Part shown: positions 8,420 to 17,657 of the stretch, piece by piece | How positions within the stretch are numbered: the stretch's first letter is position 1 | How the letters are laid out: every line of letters starts with the position of its first letter | From: Acidimicrobiia bacterium | GTDB lineage: Bacteria > Actinomycetota > Acidimicrobiia > Spongiisociales > Spongiisociaceae | Reading direction: 5' to 3' | Assembly (NCBI GenBank): GCA_041576165.1 | Contig: JBFGLM010000002.1 | Coordinates: forward strand, 32,001 to 96,000 | DNA length: 64,000 nucleotides | Translations under genes and position numbers: made by a program | The notes under the pieces: model-generated | What the model was told of the DNA's origin: nothing | The model's database searches: none | Seen by the model: the letters and a program-made list of their open reading frames with translations, nothing else

Positions 8420-10423
8420 TCAGCTCCGGGTTGATCGGAACCGCTCGAGCGCCTTGTCCAGCTCCGCCCAGCCGACGGTCCGTCGATCCGACCCGGATCG
8501 CAGGACCTCCAGGGCGGCCTCGCGCAGGAGTCCGGTGAGGTCCGCAAACGACAGGCCCTCGGTCTTCTCGGCCAGCTCGTCCAAGTCGACTTCGTCGCCG
8601 AAGGGCACATCAGAGATGTTGAGTAATGCCCGCCGGCCCGGGGTCTTGGGAAGACCGAGATGGATGTGTACTTCGAACCGCCCCGATCGGATGAGAGCCG
8701 GGTCGATGAGGTCTCGCCGGTTGGTCGCGCCGATGACCACGACGTCACCCCGACCCCCGATCCCGTCGAGTTCGGTGAGCAGGGCGGCGACGACCGAGTC
8801 CGTCACCGAGGTGGTGGAGGAGCCGCGCACCGGCGCGAGCGCGTCGAGCTCGTCGAAAAAGATAATCGACGGCGCGGCGGCGCGGGAGCGGGAAAAGACG
8901 TCCCGGACGCCGCGCTCGGACTCGCCAACGTATTTGTCCAACAGCTCGGCCCCCTTGACCGCAAAAAAAGCCGCGCCGCTTTCGTGGGCCAGCGCCCGGA
9001 TGACGAACGTCTTGCCAGTGCCCGGCGGTCCGTAGAGCAGGATGCCCCGGGGTGGCTCGATCCCCATTTCCGCGAACCGTTCGGGCTGGGTCATCGGCCA
9101 GATCACTGCTTCGGTGAGGCGTTGTTTCTCCTCTTCGAGGTTGGCGACTTTGTCGAAGCCATAACTCGGCATCTCTCCGAGAGGTACAGAGCCCAGCGAT
9201 GGCGACGTGTCTTCCACTGCGGCCAGGAGCCCTTCCTGGGTCACCGGTTCGCCCGAGCGGGCCACCATGGCGGATGCATGGACGATCGCCGCCATGATGT
9301 CCGAGCCGGAGAACCCGGCTGAGCGCGCCGCCAACTGATCGTGGTCTATGTCCGCCGTCGGGACGTGGCGCAATCCTTCCTCGAACATCAAGCGGCGGCG
9401 AGTGAGGTCGGGCGGCGGCACGGTCAAGGTCCGGGGGAGCAGGGGAGACCGGGCGATCGAGTCGTCCAGATGCGACACCGCCGCAACGCCGAGCACACAT
9501 GCCAGGCCCTTGGTTTCGGCCACAGCGTCGGTGAACCATCGCAGGATGGCTCCGACCTGGCTCTTGAACGCGACCATGCCTTCTTCGCCGGTGACTGCTT
9601 CCAGCCGGTCGACGTAGATGACTCCGGGCCTCGCGGTCGTGTTCTTGGCCTTCTCGAGCAGATCCAGCAGCCTCTCCGGCTTGAACACCAGATCCAGAGA
9701 CACTTCGTGGAACGCGGCTCCCGCCTCGTCGGCCGCTGTGCGAACCAGTTCGGTCTTGCCGACCCCCGACGGACCCTCGAGGATCACGCCGGCCACCTCC
9801 GGCAGGCCCCAGCTCTTTGGCAGGTCCTGAGGCGAGGTGAGTAGCGCCAGCCATCCGGTCAGGATCTCCAGCTCGGCTTCCAGACCGGTGAGAAGGGCAG
9901 CCATCGGCCGAGGGAGATCCGAGGGGGCTTCGACTGCGCCCGGCCGGGCGCCGTCGACCAGCGCCCGTGCATGGTCTGCGGCCGACAGGACGAGCGAGCC
10001 GTGGTTGATCAGGCCCGCATCGCCGGGCTCAATATCGGCGATGCGCATGTCGATCGGATCTGCGCCTCCCAGATAACGCGCATCGATCGTGATCGTGTCG
10101 CCGGTGGTGGCCGGACGCCCCTGGAGCGCTTGGATCAGCACCCGCGGTTCCACCGGCAAGGTTTCGCCTTCGATCACGACCCGCCCGGCGGTGGACAGCA
10201 ACGCCCGGTTCGCCTCGACCGATGCGCCCACCTGAATGCCCGCATTGGCGAGGGCCTGGGGGCCGAGGCTCAGCGCCGACGCTTCACCACCCCGCCGGGG
10301 TCGAACGAGCACATGGGTCTTACCCACCGAGATGACACCGCCGGCCGGCATACCCATCGCCGCCAGCATCGCCCGATCGGCGCCTGCCACCGGGTCTGTG
10401 CCCGCGCGTACGATGAACCGCAT
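8420..10423 (-). CDS. Cdc48/VCP-like double AAA+ ATPase (Cpa-like)
   Basis: N-domain plus D1 (GPSGVGKT) and D2 (GPPGTGKT, IIFFDELD, ATNRRDLIDPALIRSGRFE); TAGCAT -10 box 7 nt before ATG 10423. Confidence 0.88.
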   Translation of the reverse strand: MRFIVRAGTDPVAGADRAMLAAMGMPAGGVISVGKTHVLVRPRRGGEASALSLGPQALANAGIQVGASVEANRALLSTAGRVVIEGETLPVEPRVLIQALQGRPATTGDTITIDARYLGGADPIDMRIADIEPGDAGLINHGSLVLSAADHARALVDGARPGAVEAPSDLPRPMAALLTGLEAELEILTGWLALLTSPQDLPKSWGLPEVAGVILEGPSGVGKTELVRTAADEAGAAFHEVSLDLVFKPERLLDLLEKAKNTTARPGVIYVDRLEAVTGEEGMVAFKSQVGAILRWFTDAVAETKGLACVLGVAAVSHLDDSIARSPLLPRTLTVPPPDLTRRRLMFEEGLRHVPTADIDHDQLAARSAGFSGSDIMAAIVHASAMVARSGEPVTQEGLLAAVEDTSPSLGSVPLGEMPSYGFDKVANLEEEKQRLTEAVIWPMTQPERFAEMGIEPPRGILLYGPPGTGKTFVIRALAHESGAAFFAVKGAELLDKYVGESERGVRDVFSRSRAAAPSIIFFDELDALAPVRGSSTTSVTDSVVAALLTELDGIGGRGDVVVIGATNRRDLIDPALIRSGRFEVHIHLGLPKTPGRRALLNISDVPFGDEVDLDELAEKTEGLSFADLTGLLREAALEVLRSGSDRRTVGWAELDKALERFRSTRS

Positions 10424-10504
10424 CGTCGGCATGCTAGGGGGTGACCGGGCCTCGTTCCGCCGGGCCGCAGGCCGGCAACCTGCAGTGGTACCGGAAGGCC
10501 GGAA

Positions 10505-11644
10505 TCAGATCCCGGCCACCGTCTCCTCGACGAGGTTGGCGACGACCTTGCGCAAAGCCGTCGCGGCGTCGTCGCCGCCGGCCACCGCCTTGCGGTACAC
10601 GTCGAGCTGGCGGTCGGCGCTGGTGCCGCGCTGGACGATCGTCCGGGCATGCTCGACCAGGTCGACGCAGTCGAGCGCTTCGGCATCCGGGCGGATCAGC
10701 TCGATGATCTCCTCCACGAGGTCGGCAAATGGGATCAACTCGACTTTGCCGAAGTCGATGAGCTCGCCTTCTACGCCGTAGCGTTGGGCTCGCCAAAGGT
10801 TCTCCTCAATGAGAAATCCAGCATATGAGCGCCAGCGCTGGTTCTTTTGGCGGCGGCGCCACAGCATGCGCAGCAGACACACATAGATAGCCGCGATGCA
10901 CAGGGAATCTTCCATCCGGGTGGGGAGATCGGCGACACGCATCTCCAAGGTCGGATATCGCACCGAGGGCCGGATGTCCCACCAGATCTTTGAGGCGTCC
11001 TCAATGACGCCAACACTGACCAGCACGTTCACGTGGCGTTCGTATTCACTCCAGGAGGCGAAACGGATTGGCAGTCCGGTACGGGGGGCGGCCCGGAAAA
11101 CCGTCTTGCGATAACTCTTGAGGCCCGTTTCGTGACCGCCCCAAAACGGGGAAGAGGTGGAGAGGGCGAGCAGGTGCGGTAGGAAGTAGCTCGCTTGGTT
11201 CATCAGGTCTATGCGCAGCTCGGGGTCATCGATGCCAACATGGACGTGCATGCCGGAGACCATCAGGCGGCGCATGACAGCTTGCATGTCCTCCGCCAGC
11301 GCGATGTAGCGATCGGCGTCGGTGACCTTTTGCTCGGACCAGCGAGCAGTCGGATGGGTCGAGCAAGCCACGGGGGCCAGCCCATGGGCGGACGCCGTGT
11401 CGGCCACCGCGTTCCGCAACCGGCGCAACTCCGCACGCGCTTCCGCCAGAGAGGAACAGACCTTCGTCCCAACCTCGATCTGGCTCTGGAGGAATTCCTG
11501 GTTGACCTGGTCACCGAGCAGCGTGCTGGCTCGCTCCATCAGCGCGGCCGGCTGTTCGACGAGTAACTCCCCGGTTGACCGGTCGACCAGGAGGTATTCC
11601 TCTTCGATTCCCAACGTCCATGCCGGCTCTGCGACCACAGGCAC
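10505..11644 (-). CDS. Carboxylate-amine ligase (YbdK/GCS2 family)
   Basis: TLGIEEEYLLVD, GMHVHVG, LALSTSSPFW, WWDIRPS, TLEMRVAD. Confidence 0.93.
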   Translation of the reverse strand: MPVVAEPAWTLGIEEEYLLVDRSTGELLVEQPAALMERASTLLGDQVNQEFLQSQIEVGTKVCSSLAEARAELRRLRNAVADTASAHGLAPVACSTHPTARWSEQKVTDADRYIALAEDMQAVMRRLMVSGMHVHVGIDDPELRIDLMNQASYFLPHLLALSTSSPFWGGHETGLKSYRKTVFRAAPRTGLPIRFASWSEYERHVNVLVSVGVIEDASKIWWDIRPSVRYPTLEMRVADLPTRMEDSLCIAAIYVCLLRMLWRRRQKNQRWRSYAGFLIEENLWRAQRYGVEGELIDFGKVELIPFADLVEEIIELIRPDAEALDCVDLVEHARTIVQRGTSADRQLDVYRKAVAGGDDAATALRKVVANLVEETVAGI

Positions 11645-11701
11645 ACCTCTCCGCAGGTGCTTGCGTGGGGAACTTAGTCATCTGGGGGTGCCGTCGTCGC
11701 A

Positions 11702-13312
11702 TCACGCCGCCAGAGTCAGCGGAGGGACCGAGCCGGCCGGGGTGGCGATCGGATGGTCGGAGGCGACCAGCCGAACCGTTCCGGACGTCAGCCAGCGCCA
11801 CAGCAGCTGGACCTCTTCTCCTTCGCCGCTGGTCGGCGGCACCGGCGGGAGGTCCCGATCGGCAGCCGCATCCGGCAAGAGCGGCGGCGTCGTGCCGTGC
11901 CGCCATGCCGCCACGAGCCGGCCGTCGTCAATACACACCATTGCGTCGAGCCCCTCGGCATAGACCCGGCCGGCTCCCGCCAGTGCCGTCCACGATCGGC
12001 GGCGCTCGATCGCCTGCGCGAGCGCCCCGTGGCGGTCGCGGGCCCAGGCCGCCTCCTCGTATCGCTGGGCCCGGGCGAGCTGGCGCACCCTCTCCACGAG
12101 AGGATCGAGCAGCAGCCGCGGTTCGGTGGTGATGGCCCGGCACAAACGTTCGACGACCTGGGCGTATGCGTCCGGGTCGAGGGTCCCGGCACAGGGGCAG
12201 AGAGCCACACCCAGCTGGGCGGACGCGCACGGGGCCCCGCGGGCGGCCGGTCGCCCGGAGCAGCGCCGGACCGGGCTGGCGTCCCAGATCGCGTCACGCA
12301 CCAGCGTCGCCATCCGATGGGAGCGGAAAGGTCCCAGACAGAAAGGTTCCCGCGGCCGGCGGGTGATGGAAAGCCGCGGGAACCGCTCCCGGGTCAGGCT
12401 GACGAAATGCTCGGTCTTGGGTGGGCGGGAACGGCGGTTGTATTGCGGGCGGTGAGCATGGATGAGCCGCAACTCAGTTACCTCCGCCTCGATCTCTGTC
12501 GCGCACACGATATGGTCGATGCGGTCGAGTTGGCGGAGCATGTCGCCGACCCGGCGGCGCCGATCGCCATAGAAGTAGGCCCGAACCCGGGTCCGCAGGT
12601 TCTTGGCCTTGCCCGTATAGATCACGTCGCCGTCTCGATCTCGGAACAGGTAGACACCGGGTCGGCGCGGCAGGGTTTCGGTCAGGGACAGCTTCGAGTA
12701 CATCGGCGACCCCTTGGCCGCCGGCAGCTCCAACAGATCCTCCAGCGCGGTGATGCCCATGGTCCCGACCCTGGCCAGCAACTCGAAGAACACGTGAGCA
12801 GTTGCCCGGGCGTCTTCAAGCGCCCGATGGTTCGGGACAACTGGCGATCGGAAATAGGTCGCCAGGGTGCTCAGCCTGAGGTTGCGCACTTCCGGGCGGA
12901 TGAGCCGTCGGGCCAGAGCGGCGGTGTCGACATGGCGGTTCGACACTCCCGGATAGCCGAGCCTCCCGGCGGCGGCTTTGAGGAATGACAGGTCGAAGCG
13001 GACGTTGTGTCCGACAATCACCGCATCGCCAATGAACTCGAAGAACGCAGGCAGGGCTTCTTCGATCATCGGCGCCTCGATTACCATCGCCTCAGTGATC
13101 CCGGTCAGGATGGTGATCATCGGTGGAATGGGGCTGCCGGGATTGACCAGGGTGTGGAAGGTTCCTTCCAGCTCTCCCCGGCGGTACCGGACCGCGCCGA
13201 TCTCGGTGATTTCGCACTGCGCGGGCGATCCGCCGGTGGTTTCCAGGTCGAGGATGCAGAAGGGAACCTCAAAAAGTGGCGTGCCCATCTCCTCGAATGA
13301 AGCCTGACGCAC
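11702..13312 (-). CDS. DEDDh exonuclease fused to GIY-YIG/UvrC-like endonuclease (Rv2191-like)
   Basis: LDLETTG, GHNVRFD, HRALEDA; PGVYLF...VIYTGKAKNLRTRVRAYF; Cys cluster; UVR motif RYEEAAWARD. Confidence 0.92.
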   Translation of the reverse strand: MRQASFEEMGTPLFEVPFCILDLETTGGSPAQCEITEIGAVRYRRGELEGTFHTLVNPGSPIPPMITILTGITEAMVIEAPMIEEALPAFFEFIGDAVIVGHNVRFDLSFLKAAAGRLGYPGVSNRHVDTAALARRLIRPEVRNLRLSTLATYFRSPVVPNHRALEDARATAHVFFELLARVGTMGITALEDLLELPAAKGSPMYSKLSLTETLPRRPGVYLFRDRDGDVIYTGKAKNLRTRVRAYFYGDRRRRVGDMLRQLDRIDHIVCATEIEAEVTELRLIHAHRPQYNRRSRPPKTEHFVSLTRERFPRLSITRRPREPFCLGPFRSHRMATLVRDAIWDASPVRRCSGRPAARGAPCASAQLGVALCPCAGTLDPDAYAQVVERLCRAITTEPRLLLDPLVERVRQLARAQRYEEAAWARDRHGALAQAIERRRSWTALAGAGRVYAEGLDAMVCIDDGRLVAAWRHGTTPPLLPDAAADRDLPPVPPTSGEGEEVQLLWRWLTSGTVRLVASDHPIATPAGSVPPLTLAA

Positions 13313-13351
13313 CGGGTCATCCTCCCGCCGATCGGACCTCCCAACCTAGCC

Positions 13352-13365
13352 CGAACATATGTTCG
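13352..13365. promoter_or_regulatory. LexA (SOS) box
   Basis: Perfect palindrome CGAACATATGTTCG about 40 bp upstream of the DEDD/UvrC-like gene; matches the actinobacterial consensus CGAAC-N4-GTTCG. Confidence 0.85.
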
Positions 13366-13405
13366 ATGTCGAGTATTCGGCTTGATATGCGTATCGTGCG
13401 GCGCC

Positions 13406-13618
13406 ATGACCACCACGTATCGCTGCGGTGTGTGCGGTAACCGCACCCGCTTCGACGTCTACGAGTCGCTGCGTCGCCGCCAGTTCCAGCACTTCACACT
13501 TGGCGGTGAACTCACCGTGGAGGAGGACGAGACGATCGAAGCTGCACTCGAGCGGGTGGTGTGCCGCTGGTGCGGGCGATCCGATCAAATCGAGGTCCGC
13601 GGAACCCCCGTGAAGTGA
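13406..13618 (+). CDS. Small zinc-ribbon protein
   Basis: MTTTYRCGVCGNRTRFDV...VVCRWCG, two CxxC pairs. Confidence 0.8.
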   Translation: MTTTYRCGVCGNRTRFDVYESLRRRQFQHFTLGGELTVEEDETIEAALERVVCRWCGRSDQIEVRGTPVK

Positions 13619-13625
13619 GATGGCC

Positions 13626-14423
13626 TCAGCCGCAGTGGCGCTGGCGCACCGCCTCGAACAGCAGCACTCCGGCGGCCATGGCGGCGTTGAGTGAGTCCGC
13701 GGACCCGGCCATGGGTACACGAACCAAAGCGTCAGCGTCATCCAACCACCGGCGCGACAACCCCACCTGTTCGGATCCGATCACCAGGGCCGTCGCCGCG
13801 GAGTAGTCGATCTGCCAGTAAAGGCGTTCGGCATGGGGAGTTGCGGCCACGCGCTGGATGTTGCGGTCCGCCAACCACGATGAGGCTGCTTCGGTCCCGA
13901 CCACCGCCAGCGGAACGGTGAAGAGTGATCCGATCGAGGCACGAACGGCGTTCGGGTTGAACGGGTCGGTGGTCGGATCGCATACCATGACCGCGTGGGC
14001 GCCCGCTGCGTCGGCGGTACGCAGCATGGTGCCGAGATTCCCCGGTTTTTCGATCGCTTCAACGACAAGCAACAGGGCGTCGCCCGGCGGGTCGATGGCG
14101 GACAGCGACGTGTCGAATTGGCGCGCGACGGCCAGCAGGCCTTCCGGACGGTCCCGGTATGCCACTTTGCGGAACGCAGCCTCTCCCAGCTCGATGGCGG
14201 TGGCTCCGCCTGCCAGGACGCGATCGACCAGCGTTTCCTCGTTTTCACCGAGGTAGAGGTCGGGGCTGTAATAGAGTTCCTGTATCTCGACCTTGCCGGC
14301 GGCCTTCGAGAGCTCCCGGTAGCCCTCGATCAGAAACGTCCCGGTCCGGTCCCTTTCACGCCGGTTGCGGAGGCGCACGAGGTGTTTGACCCGGGCGTTG
14401 GCCAGCGATCGGATCGGTTCCAT
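13626..14423 (-). CDS. TrmH/SpoU family RNA methyltransferase
   Basis: FLIEG, KPGNLGTMLRTADAAG, IGSEQVGL, PMAGSADSLNAA. Confidence 0.93.
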   Translation of the reverse strand: MEPIRSLANARVKHLVRLRNRRERDRTGTFLIEGYRELSKAAGKVEIQELYYSPDLYLGENEETLVDRVLAGGATAIELGEAAFRKVAYRDRPEGLLAVARQFDTSLSAIDPPGDALLLVVEAIEKPGNLGTMLRTADAAGAHAVMVCDPTTDPFNPNAVRASIGSLFTVPLAVVGTEAASSWLADRNIQRVAATPHAERLYWQIDYSAATALVIGSEQVGLSRRWLDDADALVRVPMAGSADSLNAAMAAGVLLFEAVRQRHCG

Positions 14424-14486
14424 GGCTTCAGCGCCGGTGCCGCGCCCCGCGCGACCCGTTCACGAGACCCGGTCCGACCCGCGGGG

Positions 14487-14876
14487 TCATGACCCTGCCG
14501 CGCTGGACGGGTACGCCTTCAGCTCGATCAGATTGCCATCCGGGTCCCGCACGTACATGCCGGGGCCGTCGCCCTGCGCTCCGAAGATGACCTTGGGCGG
14601 TCGCACGACCTCGAACTCGCCCGAAGCAGCCGCCGCACCCAGGTCTCCCTCAACGTAGAGGGAGAAATGGTCGACGTTCTCCCCAGTCCGCTCACCCGGC
14701 ACCAGATCGATCAAGGCGGATTCGCTGATCTTCATCGAGACGAATGGCACCGTGCCGGCGCGAAATGCCTCCAGGCGCAAGGGCTCCAGACCGAGCTTGT
14801 CCCGGTACCACGCAACCGAACGTTCGACGTCGGCGCACACGACGACAACGTGGTCGATTCCTTTCACCCGCAGCAT
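14487..14876 (-). CDS. VOC/glyoxalase family protein
   Basis: IDHVVVVCADVERSVAWY, YVRDPDGNLIELK. Confidence 0.9.
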   Translation of the reverse strand: MLRVKGIDHVVVVCADVERSVAWYRDKLGLEPLRLEAFRAGTVPFVSMKISESALIDLVPGERTGENVDHFSLYVEGDLGAAAASGEFEVVRPPKVIFGAQGDGPGMYVRDPDGNLIELKAYPSSAAGS

Positions 14877-14936
14877 GTCGTCATGCTAGAGGGGCACCCG
14901 GCTGCTGGTACCGGCATCGGAGCAGGGTCGAGCCGC

Positions 14937-15551
14937 TCAGAAATCCACCCGCCAGTCGGGGCTCCACTCCTCCCAGTGGATCACCTGGTCCGGCGGTCGG
15001 TGCCCGCGGGCCAGCGAGCCGGAACGCCGGTCGGGTCGCGGGTATCCCACCGTCACTACGCCGACCGGCGAATATTCGATCGGGATGCCAAGTAACGCCG
15101 AAATGTCTCCCATCGCGTGGCTGCCCAAGAACCCGGCTGCCAGCCCTTCGTTGATGGCTGCGAGCAACACGGCCATCAGCGCTGCACCGGCATCCACCCA
15201 CCAGTAGGGGACCGGCCAGTCGATCTCCCGGCCTTTTTCGTCGAGCTTGTCGGGTTCTCGATAGCGGCGGTGGTACGCGGCTTCTGAAACCACCAGCACG
15301 ATGTGCGCCGGTGCCCGGCTGATCCACGGCTCCATGCCGGCCTCCACATAGCCGGCTTCTCCGCTCAGCTCTGCGATCCGGGCCCGGGTCTCCACGCCGG
15401 TAACGACCACCGCCGCCACTCCTTGCGAGAAGCCGGCGCTCGGCGCTCGCATCGCTGCCCGAGCAATGCGTTCCAGAGCGGGCCGGGGGACCGGGGTCGT
15501 GGCGTAGTTACGCGCCATGCGGCGGCGAGAGAGCACTTCTGCAAAATCCAC
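14937..15551 (-). CDS. Nitroreductase family protein
   Basis: RRRMARNY, APSAGFSQG, DAGAALM...LLAAINEGL, VTVGYP. Confidence 0.9.
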   Translation of the reverse strand: MDFAEVLSRRRMARNYATTPVPRPALERIARAAMRAPSAGFSQGVAAVVVTGVETRARIAELSGEAGYVEAGMEPWISRAPAHIVLVVSEAAYHRRYREPDKLDEKGREIDWPVPYWWVDAGAALMAVLLAAINEGLAAGFLGSHAMGDISALLGIPIEYSPVGVVTVGYPRPDRRSGSLARGHRPPDQVIHWEEWSPDWRVDF

Positions 15552-15621
15552 CGCCGGAGCTTAGGACCCGAGCGTTCGCCGGGGTGCCGCTCGCTGCGCC
15601 GGGCGTCTGTACGATCGCCGG

Positions 15622-15978
15622 ATGCAAGGTCGGGCCAGGCTCAAACAAGCAGCCCGCGAGGTCGGCATAGGCGCCGGCGCCGCTCTGGTGTTGTTGCTGC
15701 TGGTGATGCGCGGCTCGGTGGCCGCTGCGGAGTTCGCCTTCCTGGCCCTGTCGCTGGCCGCCTTGTACTGGATCGCAACCGTGCCGCTTGGGCGGATCAT
15801 GACCGATGCAGGCCGGCCGCGGCTGATGGTATTTGGTTCGCTCAGTGTTCTTGTCCTAGTGGCGGCGTTGTCGGTGGCGATCTTGGCCGAGCTATTGATT
15901 CTCGCCGCGCTGCCGGTGGTCGTGGCGACGCTGCTGGTTGGTGTGTGGAGGATTGGGCGCCGCTCGACCGGGGCGTGA
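15622..15978 (+). CDS. Small four-TM membrane protein
   Basis: Four hydrophobic segments; TACGAT -10 box 6 nt before ATG. Confidence 0.65.
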   Translation: MQGRARLKQAAREVGIGAGAALVLLLLVMRGSVAAAEFAFLALSLAALYWIATVPLGRIMTDAGRPRLMVFGSLSVLVLVAALSVAILAELLILAALPVVVATLLVGVWRIGRRSTGA

Positions 15979-16011
15979 CCTAGCCGGGCTCGCAATCGGC
16001 GCGCCGACCGG

Positions 16012-17376
16012 TCACACCTCCCGGACCGCTTTGGCGAGCTCCTCCAGCGCATCCCTGGCATCGGCGAACAGCATCAGCGTCTTGTCTTCGTAGAACAACG
16101 GATTGTCGATGCCGGCGAAGCCGGGGGAGAGGCTGCGTTTGACGACAACGGCGGTGTCGGCCTCGTCAACATTGAGGATCGGCATTCCGTAGATCACTGA
16201 TCCTTCTTCCCGGGCGAGCGGGTTGACGACGTCGTTGGCGCCGACGACCAGCGCCACGCTGGTGCGGTCGAAGTCCTCGTTGATGTCGTCCAGGTCCAGC
16301 AGCACGTCGTAGGGTACATCGGCTTCTGCCAGCAGTACGTTCATGTGTCCTGGCATCCTCCCCGCCACCGGATGGATGGCGTAGCGCACCCCGACTCCTC
16401 GTTCCTCGAGCCGGTCCGCCAGTTCCCGCAACGCATGCTGGGCCTGGGCTACCGCCAGGCCGTACCCAGGAACCACGATCACCGAATCGGCGTACGCCAG
16501 GGTGACCGCAACGTCGTCGATGGTGGCGCGCCGCACAGAGCGGTCACCGAGTTCGCCTCCTGCTGCTTGCGGTCCCCCGAACGCCGCGAACAGCACGTTG
16601 CCGAGCGTACGGTTCATGGCGCGGGACATGATGGCCGTGAGTATCAGGCCGGAGGCACCGACGAGGGCTCCGGAGATGATCAACACGTTGGAGGAGATCA
16701 CGAATCCCGCCGCCGACGCCGCCAAACCCGACAGCGAGTTGAGGAAGGCGACCACCACCGGCATGTCGGCCCCCCCGATCGGCAGGGTGCGGACGACGCC
16801 CAGCACACCGGCCAGGCCGAACAACGCCCAGTACGCGGCCGCGGCATCCCCGATCACCAGCCACACCCCCCCGGCCACCGCGGCGACGCTCAACGCACCA
16901 TCGCCCACGAGTTGCCCGCGGTATCCCAAGGGCCGGCCGGGAACCAGTCCTTGCAGCTTGCCGAACGCGATGAAGCTGCCGGTGAGTGTGACCGCGCCGA
17001 TCGCCGTGGAGAACGCGATCGTGACCCGAGTGTCGGTCGCGAGGCCGGAGGCGGTGAGAAACTCGGCACCTGCAACGAGGGCTGACGCTCCGCCGCCAAA
17101 GCCATTGAACGCCGCCACCAGTTGCGGCATGGCGGTCATCTCCACCGAGCGGGCCAGGTATGCGCCGACGGCGGCACCGACGACCAGGCCGGCCGTGATC
17201 ACGCCGTACGACACAACGGCCTGATCGGCCAGAGTCACGACGACGGCAATCAGCATGCCTCCCGCGGCGAGTTGGTTTCCTCGGCGGGCCGTGGCCGGCG
17301 ACGCGAGCCGCCGGAGGCCAATGATGAACAGCGCCGCCGCCCCGAGGTAGAGCAAGCTGGCGATCTCGGTGGTCAC
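16012..17376 (-). CDS. pntB: NAD(P) transhydrogenase beta subunit
   Basis: MTAMPQLVA, IGGADMPVVV, VPGYGLAVAQAQH, HPVAGRMPGHMNVLLAEA, GANDVVNP; GTG start overlaps upstream stop. Confidence 0.96.
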   Translation of the reverse strand: MTTEIASLLYLGAAALFIIGLRRLASPATARRGNQLAAGGMLIAVVVTLADQAVVSYGVITAGLVVGAAVGAYLARSVEMTAMPQLVAAFNGFGGGASALVAGAEFLTASGLATDTRVTIAFSTAIGAVTLTGSFIAFGKLQGLVPGRPLGYRGQLVGDGALSVAAVAGGVWLVIGDAAAAYWALFGLAGVLGVVRTLPIGGADMPVVVAFLNSLSGLAASAAGFVISSNVLIISGALVGASGLILTAIMSRAMNRTLGNVLFAAFGGPQAAGGELGDRSVRRATIDDVAVTLAYADSVIVVPGYGLAVAQAQHALRELADRLEERGVGVRYAIHPVAGRMPGHMNVLLAEADVPYDVLLDLDDINEDFDRTSVALVVGANDVVNPLAREEGSVIYGMPILNVDEADTAVVVKRSLSPGFAGIDNPLFYEDKTLMLFADARDALEELAKAVREV

Positions 17377-17657
17377 CGACTCTGCCTTCCCTTGAACATC
17401 TCGAGCATGCGGTCGGTGACGAGGAAACCGCCGACCACATTGATGGTGGCGAGTGTCACAGCCAGAAATCCCAGGATCCCGGCCATCGTGGTAGCGCCGC
17501 GCCCGCTGACGACTATGGCAGCCACAACGGTGATGCCCGAGATTGCGTTCGAGCCCGACATCAGCGGCGTGTGGAGCTGCGGCGGAACCTTGCTGATCAC
17601 TTCGAAGCCGATGAAGGCTGCCAGCACGAACACGGTGATCCCGATGATCAGCGTCAT
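17373..17657 (-). CDS. pntAb: NAD(P) transhydrogenase alpha subunit, part 2 (membrane)
   Basis: KVPPQLHTPLMSGSNAISG, INVVGGFLVTDRMLEMF. Confidence 0.95.
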   Translation of the reverse strand: MTLIIGITVFVLAAFIGFEVISKVPPQLHTPLMSGSNAISGITVVAAIVVSGRGATTMAGILGFLAVTLATINVVGGFLVTDRMLEMFKGRQSR

